Positions 45,633 through 55,759 of a stretch of DNA of 64,000 bases are shown one piece after another; position 1 is the stretch's first letter; every line of letters starts with the position of its first letter. Below the pieces are notes generated by a model. That model searched no databases and was not told the origin of the DNA. It worked only from the letters and a program-made list of their open reading frames with translations. Source of the stretch: Candidatus Aminicenantaceae bacterium (GTDB lineage Bacteria > Acidobacteriota > Aminicenantia > Aminicenantales > Aminicenantaceae); assembly GCA_041862375.1 (NCBI GenBank), contig JBGVTE010000141.1, positions 83,872 to 147,871 on the forward strand, read 5' to 3'. The position numbers and the translations under genes were made by a program.

Positions 45633-48023
45633 TCATTCATACCGCAGGGAATCCACCGGATTGAGGGTGGCGACTTTTATGGCATGGAAAGAAACTGTGG
45701 CAAGGGCGAGGAACAGAGCCAAAAGAGAAGATAGGATGAAAATCCATAAGCCTATGGGAGTCCGGTAGGCGAAATTCTGAAGCCATTGAGTCAAAACAAA
45801 ATAGGCAATAGGCCAGGCAATGGTATTGGCGATCACTACACACTTTGTGAACTCTCTAGATAACATTAAGACGATTCCAGAGACCGAAGCCCCCAGTACC
45901 TTACGGATTCCGATCTCTTTGGTCTTCTGCTCGGCTGCAAAGGACACTAAGCCCAGAAGACCCATACAGGCTACAGATAGTCCTAGAAGGGCGAACAAGC
46001 CGAATATCCGGCTGCGAGTTTCTTCAGTCATGTACAATCTGTTGAAATCTTCGTCCAGGAAGAAGTATTCAAAAGGCTGGCCCGGAAACAATTTGTTCCA
46101 AGTCCCTTTAGCGAATGATAGAATCTCTCTGAGGTCGATTGTATTTACATTTAGGGTGATCATTTCCAGTGGGCTCCACTGAGACGGTACAGCAAATTCA
46201 AAAACCATAGGCCCGATAACAGTCTGAAGGCCTTGAAAATGGAAATCCCTGGTCACTCCAATGATGGAATCAACATTGTCCTCTGGTCCAACAACGAGCT
46301 TCTGTCCGAGAGCTTCTTCTGGTAATGCCCATCCAAAGTGTTTGACCGCAGCTTCATTGAGTATGCATGCCTGTGCATCTGTGGCACCATGGTATCCTTG
46401 AAAATTTCTTCCTGCAATGAGTTCGATCCCGTATTCTGGTAGAAAATCTTCGTCAACAACGAGATGTTTCATTTCCACAGCATACTCCTCTGTCAGCTCA
46501 AGTTTATGCACACCCCAATTTTCGATTTTCCCCCCTGGAACCGAGGAAGATACTGTGACTCCTCGTACTAAAGAGGACAAGAGAAATTCTGATTTGACTA
46601 CTGATTTTTTTTCTTTTAGACCTGCGCCTATTGCCGAGATAATCAGTTTTTCCTCTTTTTCAAACCCGAGAGATGCATTTTTCATATAATCTATCTGGCT
46701 GTACATCACCAGAGTGCAAATAATCAGGCCAACTGAGATAGCAAACTGTAGAATAACTAGGATCTGCCTCATTAGAGAGCGGTTGCGGCCTCCTCCTTTT
46801 GTTCCCTGAAGGATGCTGACAGGATTGAATCTCGAAAGGAAAAAAGCCGGATAGCATCCAACTCCTACTCCGATCAACAGGGTACACGCCAAGAGCATCA
46901 GAAACATCATAGGCTGGAAAACACCAACAAACAGAATCTCCATACCAAAGGCTTTTTTAAAGTATGGCATGGACAGATATGTCAATCCCACAGACAGCAC
47001 AACTGCACCCAAAGCAATAATAGAGGATTCCAACAAGAACTGCCGGATGATTTGGGATCTCTGGGCACCTATCACTTTGCGCATCCCCACCTCTCGGCTC
47101 CGATGGATGGATTTTGCAGTTGCCAGGTTGATGAAATTCAAGCATGCGATCAGAAGAGTGAGCAGGCCTACGGCAGAAAAGATCAGGATATAAGATTTGT
47201 TTCCTGGAGGCTTAAGCTCATGCTGAAGTCGGGAATTCAAATGGATTCCTGTTACACGTTGGAGATAATGAGATCGCTGAAAAGGAAAATTCTTTCCCAG
47301 AAAACTGTCTGAAATGTTTCTAATCTTGGAACCAAAGGCATCAACATCTGCACCTGGCATAAGCTTGACATAGGTATAAACCCTGGATATCGTCCAGGAA
47401 CGCTCCTCATCCTCAGTATAAAATTTCTTTAGCGAGGCAATAAAGTCATAGTGCAGGTGTGAATTGACTGGTGCATTTTGTGCAATCCCGATTATCTCAA
47501 AGTCTGTGTTGTTGATCTGGATGGATTTACCTAAAAGATCCTCCGAATCTATATATTTCTCAGCCATTTGTTCTGTTAGGATTATAGTGTTGGATCTTGC
47601 CAGCTCAAGGACAGGTCCTCCCTTGAGAAGTGGTATGTGGAAAATATCGAAGATTTCAGGCTCTGCAGCAATGAGTCCATTTTCGTAGAAAGCTTTATCA
47701 CCATATCGCACAAGCACTCGGTGCTTTTTGCCCAAACGCCCGATCGATTCGATTTCGTTGTATCGTTCTTTGACAACATCAGCCACCGGAAATGATATTA
47801 GGGGAATGGATTCCTCAAATGCTTCACCTTTCCAAGTGCATGCGATTCTGTAAATACGATCCGCATCATTGTGGTAGCGGTCATAGCTAAATTCGTGCTG
47901 CACATACAGAAAAATATACAGACAGCAGGTTATTCCTATCACCAATCCAATGATGTTTATGAGAGAATATCCTTTATGTCTCTTGATATTTCTTAAAGCG
48001 ATTTTTATATAGTTTTTAAACAT
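45633..48023 (-). CDS. Large FtsX/MacB-family ABC permease (duplicated 4-TM + periplasmic-domain modules), no cognate ATPase adjacent
   Basis: Start 'MFKNYIKIALRNIKRHKGYSLINIIGLVIGI' (ATG at 48023), typical of this family. ~800 aa with two FtsX modules. The ORF-track 5' extension to 48278 overlaps padR. Confidence 0.8.
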   Translation of the reverse strand: MFKNYIKIALRNIKRHKGYSLINIIGLVIGITCCLYIFLYVQHEFSYDRYHNDADRIYRIACTWKGEAFEESIPLISFPVADVVKERYNEIESIGRLGKKHRVLVRYGDKAFYENGLIAAEPEIFDIFHIPLLKGGPVLELARSNTIILTEQMAEKYIDSEDLLGKSIQINNTDFEIIGIAQNAPVNSHLHYDFIASLKKFYTEDEERSWTISRVYTYVKLMPGADVDAFGSKIRNISDSFLGKNFPFQRSHYLQRVTGIHLNSRLQHELKPPGNKSYILIFSAVGLLTLLIACLNFINLATAKSIHRSREVGMRKVIGAQRSQIIRQFLLESSIIALGAVVLSVGLTYLSMPYFKKAFGMEILFVGVFQPMMFLMLLACTLLIGVGVGCYPAFFLSRFNPVSILQGTKGGGRNRSLMRQILVILQFAISVGLIICTLVMYSQIDYMKNASLGFEKEEKLIISAIGAGLKEKKSVVKSEFLLSSLVRGVTVSSSVPGGKIENWGVHKLELTEEYAVEMKHLVVDEDFLPEYGIELIAGRNFQGYHGATDAQACILNEAAVKHFGWALPEEALGQKLVVGPEDNVDSIIGVTRDFHFQGLQTVIGPMVFEFAVPSQWSPLEMITLNVNTIDLREILSFAKGTWNKLFPGQPFEYFFLDEDFNRLYMTEETRSRIFGLFALLGLSVACMGLLGLVSFAAEQKTKEIGIRKVLGASVSGIVLMLSREFTKCVVIANTIAWPIAYFVLTQWLQNFAYRTPIGLWIFILSSLLALFLALATVSFHAIKVATLNPVDSLRYE

Positions 48024-48229
48024 GGCTAAATTCCAATAAATAGTTGATCGGATAAGAAATGGCAGGGGCTGAAAAATTTGCCAAGTATACCATATATCCG
48101 CTTTGAATCGACCTCTTTCCGAAAGGATCATACGGTATTCTTCTTCCGTGTCGCCTAGGATGCCGGTCTTTTTGGAAGATGAAAGAATGCTGAGAATTCT
48201 TTCAGCGAATTTTGAAGGCGAAGTTCTTT

Positions 48230-48565
48230 TCATCTGCTGGTTTTCTCTCCCCAAATTAGCTCTGTGTATCCATCCCATATTTTTTTCTGCATTTCATAGG
48301 CATGTTTGAGCGCCGTGTTGCCCTCGGATGTAAGGGTATAATAGATCCGACTTCGGCCTCCTCTCTCTGGTTTGGATTCTCCTGTGAACCGTTTGACATA
48401 TCCCTTTTTAGTCAGTTGTTCTAGAATAAAATAGAGTGTGCCGTAGGGTAGGGCTTTACCTGTGTTTTTTTGGAGGTGGCGTTTTATAGCAACTTCATAG
48501 GCATTGTCTTTAAGCCGCAGGATGGTTAAAAGCAATGTTTCTTCAGCTTTGGTTAATTCTCTCAT
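48230..48565 (-). CDS. PadR-family transcriptional regulator
   Basis: 'MRELTKAEETLLLTILRLKDNAYEVAIKRHL...YGTLYFILEQLTKKGYV' wHTH signature. Confidence 0.8.
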   Translation of the reverse strand: MRELTKAEETLLLTILRLKDNAYEVAIKRHLQKNTGKALPYGTLYFILEQLTKKGYVKRFTGESKPERGGRSRIYYTLTSEGNTALKHAYEMQKKIWDGYTELIWGEKTSR

Positions 48566-48809
48566 ATGAGATCCTTTTTCGTAGGAATACAAGTAACTTG
48601 TAGATATTTATATTAAATATACGAGTTTCTTGAAAAAAAGGTTTCTTTTTTTAAAAAAAAATTTGTGAGGAGATATGACCTGTCCCCTGATCAGGTATTT
48701 TCTTTAAGGTTTAAGATTCCATATTTTGAGTATGGAGTAAATTTTAGGTGATTTTTTTAAGACCTGACGAGAAAATTCACCTAAGTTATTGATAATAAAG
48801 AAGATGGAA

Positions 48810-48896
48810 TGCCGAAGAGGGGACTCGAACCCCTACGAGCTAAAACGCTCACATGGCCCTCAACCATGCGTGTCTACCAAATTCCACCACTTCGGC
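48810..48896 (-). tRNA. tRNA-Leu (anticodon GAG), long variable arm
   Basis: rc reads GCCGAAGTGGTGGAATTTGGTAGACACGCATGG-TTGAGGG-CCATGTGAGCGTTTTAGCTCGTAGGGGTTCGAGTCCCCTCTTCGGCA. Cloverleaf with 7-bp acceptor, anticodon loop UUGAGGG, T-loop GGTTCGAGTCC. CCA is not encoded. Confidence 0.9.
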
Positions 48897-48912
48897 ATAA
48901 ATTCTGGGAGGC

Positions 48913-49296
48913 TTATTTTTTATTCTCTTTTGCCTGGTTGCTCTGCTTTTTATCCTGCTGTTCCTTTGGCTCTTGAGCTTTCTGTTTTGTGGGTTCTTTC
49001 TTGGTTTCCGTAACCGCTGGCGCTTCCTTAGCAGGCACTTCTTCACCTTTTACAACAGATTTTGTTCCTTTTTCTGAAAGGAACCAGAAACCCATTGAAG
49101 TTATCATAAAAAGAATTGCACAGACTGTGGTTGTTTTGGAAAGGATAGTTGCTGCACCTCTGGGGCCAAAGACTGTCTGGCTACCAGCGCCACCGAAAGC
49201 TCCAGCTAAGTCAGCAGATTTGCCTGATTGAAGAAGAACAGCAATAATGAGAATAAAACAGACAATGATGTGAATTGTTAGGAGTAATGCACTCAC
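48913..49296 (-). CDS. secG: Preprotein translocase subunit SecG
   Basis: 'LLQSGKSADLAGAFGGAGSQTVFGPRGA' SecG signature, Lys/Glu-rich tail; immediately downstream of tpiA (conserved synteny). Confidence 0.8.
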   Translation of the reverse strand: MSALLLTIHIIVCFILIIAVLLQSGKSADLAGAFGGAGSQTVFGPRGAATILSKTTTVCAILFMITSMGFWFLSEKGTKSVVKGEEVPAKEAPAVTETKKEPTKQKAQEPKEQQDKKQSNQAKENKK

Positions 49297-50081
49297 TTTT
49301 TATCCTTGTATGCTTTTATTCCTTCTTTAGTTATTTGAATAAAGGAGTCTGCCTTTAGCGATGCTCCTCCAACTAAAGCTCCGTTTATGTTCTTTTCTTT
49401 TAATAAAGAGTACGTATTTTCTGGCTTAACAGAACCGCCGTAGAGAATTATAGCATAGGAGGCAATTTCATTTCCATATTTTTCTACGAGTTTATCTCTT
49501 ATAAAGCTGTGAACTTCTTCTGCCTGAGCTGGTGTGGCAGTTAGACCAGTACCGATAGCCCAAATAGGCTCATATGCGATTATGATTTGTCTCATGTTTT
49601 CTTTTTCCAGCCCTTCTAATCCAGTATTGATCTGGGTTTCGACTTTCTCTATAGTTTTTTCTTGCTCCCGCTCTTCTATCGACTCTCCAATACACATGAT
49701 TGGATTTAGTTTATAAGTTAATGCAGCTTTGACTTTTTTATTTACTGTTTCATCTGTTTCTCCAAAATACTGGCGCCTCTCTGAATGGCCAATAACCACG
49801 TACTGACAGCCTGCATCTTGAAGCATCGGGGGAGATATTTCTCCTGTGTATGCTCCTTTTTCTTCCCAGAAGAGATTTTGAGCACCGAGCTTAATTGAGC
49901 TTCCTTCAAGTGTTTTTCTTACCTCAGCCAACGCTGTGAAAGGGGGGATAACCACAATCTCTGCTTCAGCCAATTCATTCGCAGCTTCTTTTATGTTATC
50001 TACGAGAGAAACAGCCTCGGCGATATTTTTATGCATTTTCCAATTTCCAGCTATAAATGATCTTTCGTTATTAATTGTCAT
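49293..50081 (-). CDS. tpiA: Triosephosphate isomerase
   Basis: 'GNWKMHK', 'IAYEPIWAIGTG', 'GGSVKPEN'. Confidence 0.95.
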   Translation of the reverse strand: MTINNERSFIAGNWKMHKNIAEAVSLVDNIKEAANELAEAEIVVIPPFTALAEVRKTLEGSSIKLGAQNLFWEEKGAYTGEISPPMLQDAGCQYVVIGHSERRQYFGETDETVNKKVKAALTYKLNPIMCIGESIEEREQEKTIEKVETQINTGLEGLEKENMRQIIIAYEPIWAIGTGLTATPAQAEEVHSFIRDKLVEKYGNEIASYAIILYGGSVKPENTYSLLKEKNINGALVGGASLKADSFIQITKEGIKAYKDKK

Positions 50082-50082
50082 T

Positions 50083-51264
50083 TTATTTCTCCGATAAGAC
50101 TTCGAGGCCAGGCAGGATTTCCTTGGCTAGAAATTCCAAGGAGGCACCTCCGCCTGTCGAAATATGTGAAATTTTTTCGCTGATGCCTGCTTTATAAACT
50201 GCTGCTACTGAATCTCCTCCTCCTACTATGGATAAGGCATTAGTTGCAGCAACTGCTTCAGCTATTCTCATAGTTCCGTGAGAAAATTTATCAATCTCAA
50301 AAACACCCATGGGACCATTCCAGAAAATTGTCTGGGCATTCTTTATGATTTCTTGGTATTCTTCCACAGTTTTTGGACCGATATCGAGAGCCATTAAATC
50401 AGGGGGAATCGGAAAGGACTCCACAATCTTTGTTTCTGCACTTGCATCTGGCTCAGCAGCAACAATATGGTCTGAGGGGAGATAAACGTTAACATTTTTC
50501 TGTTCGGCTCTTTCAAGAAGAAGGCGGGCAAGATCTGTTTTATCCTCTTCAACACGGGAGCGGCCAACTTCAAAGCCCTGAGCTCTGAAAAATGTATAGG
50601 CCATAGCTCCCCCTATGAGGATATTGTCTGCCTTATCAAGTAGATTTTCGATTACTGGGATTTTGTCCGAGACTTTTGCTCCTCCGAGAATGGCAATGTA
50701 TGGTTTTTTAGGAAAATGAACCGCTTTACTCAAATATTCAACTTCTTTTTCAACGAGAAATCCTGCTACTGATTTTTCTACATACCTGGTTATCCCAACG
50801 ACTGAAGCGTGGGCCCGGTGACATGCGCCAAAGGCGTCATTAACGTAGTATTCAACATCTCGAGCCAAATTTTGAGAAAAGTAATTATCATTATCTGTTT
50901 CTCCGGGGTGAAACCTGAGGTTTTCGAGGAGAAGAATATGATTCTCTTTGAGTTCTTTCTTTAATCTGTTTACTTCCTCTCCTATGACATCAAGAGCAAG
51001 AATGACCTCCTTAGAGACTAATTCGGAGAGACGCTCAGCTACCGGTTTTAGGCTGAGTGCAGGATTGTATTTACCTTTAGGACGACCTAAGTGGGAAGCA
51101 ATTATCAATTTTGCCTTTTGGTCGAGAAGATAGTTAATCGTTGGCAGGGCCGCCTTTATGCGCGTGTCATCCCTTATTACTAAATTTTCATCCAGGGGAA
51201 CATTGAAATCGACACGAAGAAAAACCTTTTTTCCTTTGAAATCCAAGTCTTTAAGAGAAAGCAT
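50083..51264 (-). CDS. pgk: Phosphoglycerate kinase
   Basis: Start 'MLSLKDLDFKGKKVFLRVDFNVP' (ATG at 51264; the ORF-track extension to 51324 overlaps gap); 'ILGGAKVSDKI'. Confidence 0.95.
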   Translation of the reverse strand: MLSLKDLDFKGKKVFLRVDFNVPLDENLVIRDDTRIKAALPTINYLLDQKAKLIIASHLGRPKGKYNPALSLKPVAERLSELVSKEVILALDVIGEEVNRLKKELKENHILLLENLRFHPGETDNDNYFSQNLARDVEYYVNDAFGACHRAHASVVGITRYVEKSVAGFLVEKEVEYLSKAVHFPKKPYIAILGGAKVSDKIPVIENLLDKADNILIGGAMAYTFFRAQGFEVGRSRVEEDKTDLARLLLERAEQKNVNVYLPSDHIVAAEPDASAETKIVESFPIPPDLMALDIGPKTVEEYQEIIKNAQTIFWNGPMGVFEIDKFSHGTMRIAEAVAATNALSIVGGGDSVAAVYKAGISEKISHISTGGGASLEFLAKEILPGLEVLSEK

Positions 51265-51272
51265 GGCTCCAT

Positions 51273-52292
<1,020 letters not shown>

Positions 52293-52343
52293 TCATTTTT
52301 CTAATTAACATAATTATTAGTTTAAATCAAATGCCAGGCTCGG

Positions 52344-52375
52344 TATCGCTGATGCTCGCTATCGCTGATGCTTGC
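52344..52375. repeat. Tandem 16-mer direct repeat (x2)
   Basis: 'tatcgctgatgctcgc' 52344-52359 and 'tatcgctgatgcttgc' 52360-52375, upstream of gap. Confidence 0.4.
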
Positions 52376-52502
52376 TCTATCAGGCACCAGCAAGCTCCAC
52401 CTACATCTACACTGCCAGGCTTTTATAACATCTCTGTTTGGATATATCAGCCTTGTAAAAGAAAATTTTTGGACTTTTAGGGAAAGGCGATTGGAAGTTA
52501 TA

Positions 52503-52525
52503 AAAGTTATGAAAGCCTGACCCCA
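52503..52525 (+). repeat. 23-nt dispersed repeat 'aaagttatgaaagcctgacccca'
   Basis: Identical to the rc of 31034-31056; related 'cctgaccc(c/t)agagtgg' at 54021-54035 and 'aagcctgatcccaga' at 31899/32021. Confidence 0.5.
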
Positions 52526-52531
52526 GTGAAT

Positions 52532-53728
52532 TTAGAAGAGGTGAAAAACGAACATAGTCGAAGCACTGAGCAGGGCTACACTGAAGTTATCATCTACACC
52601 TAAAGGTAATACTTCTGAAGTTGTGGCAACCATTGCTCCTGTTAGATACACATGGAGGGGGAGGGAGGTGAACTGGAGCATGATGTATCCTGATATGAGA
52701 CAGGCATTAAAGTGAGCTAAGCTTCCTTCAAATGTTTTTTCGAATATTTTTGTTCGACCAAAGAGGAGGCCAAAAAATTTGCTGAAGAAATCACCGAATA
52801 TCAGGTAAGAGATTGCTAGAGTAGCAATGTTCCTCTCAAAGAGAAGAATCGTTAAAAAGCAGGCAAAGAGAAATAGGGTTATCGAAGAGAATTTCTTGTA
52901 TTCTTTTGACTTATAAAGGTCTTTTACGTTTTGGAAGAAAAATATATTTATCTTTTTAGAAAAAAGCCTGATTAAATCAAGGAGGAGAAAGAAAATAACA
53001 ATACTTCCGATGAGAACCAACGTCTCTTTTTTATCGGTTTTCATGTAATTAACAATTAAAAGTACTGCCAGAGGCCTTAAATAAAGACGCCAATTTAACT
53101 CTTTTTTAGCTTTTTCAGATGGAGGCTTCAAGAGTTTTTCGTGACGGATATTAAGGATGTTTATAAGGAGGATATAAACAATAACCCCCAAGATAAATAT
53201 CTGATAAATCTGAAAAGGGGAAAATACAATGATGAATATCCCCAGAAGAGGAAGGATGGTTATTCCAACTACCTCTCCTTTTTTTGCTATGTAAGAAAAC
53301 GAGATAACAGCGATCGTCAGAAGGATGAGCGTTTCGTAAGGAAGCCAATTCCTTGCGTAAAAGAGAATTAAGTAATAGATCAAGATCGCAGTGGCTGTGG
53401 CTACACCCTGTCCTCCTCTGAATTTTAGATAAAAGGGAAAGACATGACCTGCAATTGCTGCAAATCCTGCTAGATTGACACAGAGAAGCGGAGCTCCCAA
53501 GACATGAGCTATATACATGGCCAAAAGGCCTTTTGAGATATCGAATGAAGCTGTAATTAGGGCCGGTACTGGACCCAGGGTTTTATAGGTATTTACGGTT
53601 CCTGCATTTCGTGTGCCGTGTTCCCTGATATCTATTTTTTTTAGTATTTTCCCTAAAATGTAAGAAGGGGAGATAGATCCGAGGATGTAGCCTACTAATA
53701 AGCAGATTTTCCAAACCATGAACTCCAT
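52532..53728 (-). CDS. plsY: Glycerol-3-phosphate acyltransferase PlsY fused to a C-terminal CTP_transf_1-family (dolichol-kinase/phytol-kinase-like) domain
   Basis: N-terminal ~200 aa carry the PlsY motifs 'HGTRNAGTVNTYKTLG' and 'GHVFPFYLKFRGGQGVATA'. The C-terminal ~190 aa carry 'GDFFSKFFGLLFGRTKIFEKTFEGSLAHF' (CTP-dependent polyprenol/lipid kinase motif, no CdsA PGHGG). Confidence 0.75.
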   Translation of the reverse strand: MEFMVWKICLLVGYILGSISPSYILGKILKKIDIREHGTRNAGTVNTYKTLGPVPALITASFDISKGLLAMYIAHVLGAPLLCVNLAGFAAIAGHVFPFYLKFRGGQGVATATAILIYYLILFYARNWLPYETLILLTIAVISFSYIAKKGEVVGITILPLLGIFIIVFSPFQIYQIFILGVIVYILLINILNIRHEKLLKPPSEKAKKELNWRLYLRPLAVLLIVNYMKTDKKETLVLIGSIVIFFLLLDLIRLFSKKINIFFFQNVKDLYKSKEYKKFSSITLFLFACFLTILLFERNIATLAISYLIFGDFFSKFFGLLFGRTKIFEKTFEGSLAHFNACLISGYIMLQFTSLPLHVYLTGAMVATTSEVLPLGVDDNFSVALLSASTMFVFHLF

Positions 53729-54077
53729 AGGAGATATTTGATATTTACCTTTTATCGATGAGGGTGATGGAGAATAGATAATTCATAGTAACTTTGGTTT
53801 GAATGTAATTTGGCTATGAAATATTATAATTAATAAAAAATAATTTCAAGGAATAAGTCCATATGTAAGGATCTTTTTTATAATAAAATCTCTATATCAC
53901 GGGAAAAAAGATACCTCAAATCCATGGTTATAACTTTTTGCGTGGAAATATGATATATGAATGTGTGAGCAGAACAAAGGAGTTCTCAAACATCATTTAA
54001 AATAAGTTAAAAGTGTAGACCTGACCCTAGAGTGGTTTTGTGGTAAAATTTTCACTCAACGCGGATAAATATTTGAA

Positions 54078-54116
54078 AGGTATAAAAATAAGGTATAAAA
54101 ATAAGGTATAAAAATA
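54078..54116 (+). repeat. Tandem 13-mer x3 'aggtataaaaata' directly upstream of the nnr RBS
   Basis: Three perfect tandem copies at 54078-54090, 54091-54103 and 54104-54116, then 'aaggagtctccATG'. Each copy contains a TATAAAAAT extended -10-like hexamer. Confidence 0.6.
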
Positions 54117-54127
54117 AAGGAGTCTCC

Positions 54128-55681
54128 ATGAAAATACTAAATTCAGCACAAATGAAAAATATCGACCGAACAGCTATCGAAGAAATAGGAATTATCGGAC
54201 CGATTTTGATGGAAAATGCAGGATTGCAGATTTTAGAGGCTTTAAGAAGTAAATTTCCCAAACCTCAAAAAGAGACAATTGTTGTTGTTGCAGGAAGAGG
54301 GAACAATGGCGGCGATGGTCTTGTTGTCGCTCGACACCTCTTCAACCAAGGCTGCAAGATTCAAGTTCTTATCATAGGGACAAAAGATAAGGTAAAGGGA
54401 GATGCAGCGCTCAATTTAGGAATAGCCGAGAAAATAGGCGTTGAAATATGTGAAATTGCTTCTGATGAAGATTGGAAGCATCATAGAGAGAAAGTTCTTC
54501 AATCAACTATTCTTATCGATGCCGTATTTGGAACTGGACTTTCTAAGCCGGCTGAAGGTCTTTATGTAAAAGTCATCGAGGGTATAAATAAATCAAAAGC
54601 TTTTAAAATAGCAGTTGATATTCCTTCAGGTCTTTCAACTGATACGTATCACATCATCGGGCCCTGTGTGAAGGCAGATTTAACGGTAACATTAGCTGCA
54701 CCTAAGATTGCGCATGTATTTCCCCCAGCTGAGGAATGTATAGGAGAATTAGTAGTGGCAGATATAAGTATACCATTGTCTCTCTTTGATGATGATAGTT
54801 TGAAGCTGGAATTGGTGGAAAAGAAGAGCCTTGTGCCCTATTTTGATAAACGGAAAAAGGATACTCATAAAGGAACCTATGGACATCTTTTTATAATTTC
54901 AGGCTCGCTTGGCAAAACCGGGGCTGCTGTTATGGCAGCGAAAGCTGCTCTCAAGATGGGAGCAGGCCTGGTGACAGTGGGTACTCCCCGGAGTTGCCTC
55001 TCTCTTGTGGCTCGCTCCATGGTGGAATTAATGACAGAGCCATTAGCAGAAACAGAAGAAAAAACAATCTCTCACGATGCTCTAGAAAAAACGTTGACTC
55101 TTCTTGAAGGGAAGGATGCTCTCCTCATTGGCCCTGGAATTTCTACCAATGAATCAACCTCTGAATTTGTTTTATCCCTCATTCCAAAAATTAAGTTGCC
55201 AGTTGTTATTGATGCTGACGGTCTGAACATTCTGGCTTCGAATCCTGAACTTCTGAAAGCTTTAGAGCAGACTGCCATTTTAACTCCTCATCCTGGAGAA
55301 TTTGCCCGGCTCATTAATCGTTCAACTAGAGAAGTTTTGGAGAGTAAGTTAGAGCTTGTTCCCGAATTTTCATATAAATACCGAGTTTATCTTATACTAA
55401 AAAGCTATAAGACTCTTATTTCAACTCCAGAAGGCAATGTATTTATCAATCCCACTGGAAATCCAGGAATGGCCACGGCTGGCTCAGGTGATGTCCTGAG
55501 TGGGATGGTTGCTTCCATGGTTATCCAGGAGAAAAATTTACTTGATGCAATCCTGGCCGCTGTTTACGTCCATGGATTATGCGGAGATATTGGAGCACAA
55601 AGGCTGGGAGAGAAATTCTTGACTGCTTCAAACATGATCAGGTATATACCTCGAGCTTTAAAAAATATGGAGGAGAATTAA
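54128..55681 (+). CDS. nnr: Bifunctional NAD(P)H-hydrate repair enzyme Nnr (epimerase + ADP-dependent dehydratase)
   Basis: YjeF-N 'VVVAGRGNNGGDGLVVARHL'; C-terminal carbohydrate-kinase-like domain 'GNPGMATAGSGDVLSG'. Confidence 0.9.
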   Translation: MKILNSAQMKNIDRTAIEEIGIIGPILMENAGLQILEALRSKFPKPQKETIVVVAGRGNNGGDGLVVARHLFNQGCKIQVLIIGTKDKVKGDAALNLGIAEKIGVEICEIASDEDWKHHREKVLQSTILIDAVFGTGLSKPAEGLYVKVIEGINKSKAFKIAVDIPSGLSTDTYHIIGPCVKADLTVTLAAPKIAHVFPPAEECIGELVVADISIPLSLFDDDSLKLELVEKKSLVPYFDKRKKDTHKGTYGHLFIISGSLGKTGAAVMAAKAALKMGAGLVTVGTPRSCLSLVARSMVELMTEPLAETEEKTISHDALEKTLTLLEGKDALLIGPGISTNESTSEFVLSLIPKIKLPVVIDADGLNILASNPELLKALEQTAILTPHPGEFARLINRSTREVLESKLELVPEFSYKYRVYLILKSYKTLISTPEGNVFINPTGNPGMATAGSGDVLSGMVASMVIQEKNLLDAILAAVYVHGLCGDIGAQRLGEKFLTASNMIRYIPRALKNMEEN

Positions 55682-55759
55682 GGTAAGAATTGTCGCTGGC
55701 AGTAGATAAAATTATAAGTAGAAGCTCGAAAAGAAATAAAAGTAAGTCAAAACTTTAAA

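Noticed and set aside
48024-48278. N-terminal 85-codon extension of the FtsX permease ORF
   Set aside because: It overlaps padR, and the family-typical N-terminus 'MFKNYIKIALRNIKRHK' begins at 48023.
48789-49013. 74-aa + strand ORF
   Set aside because: It overlaps the tRNA-Leu gene and the secG coding region on the other strand; it is a shadow ORF.
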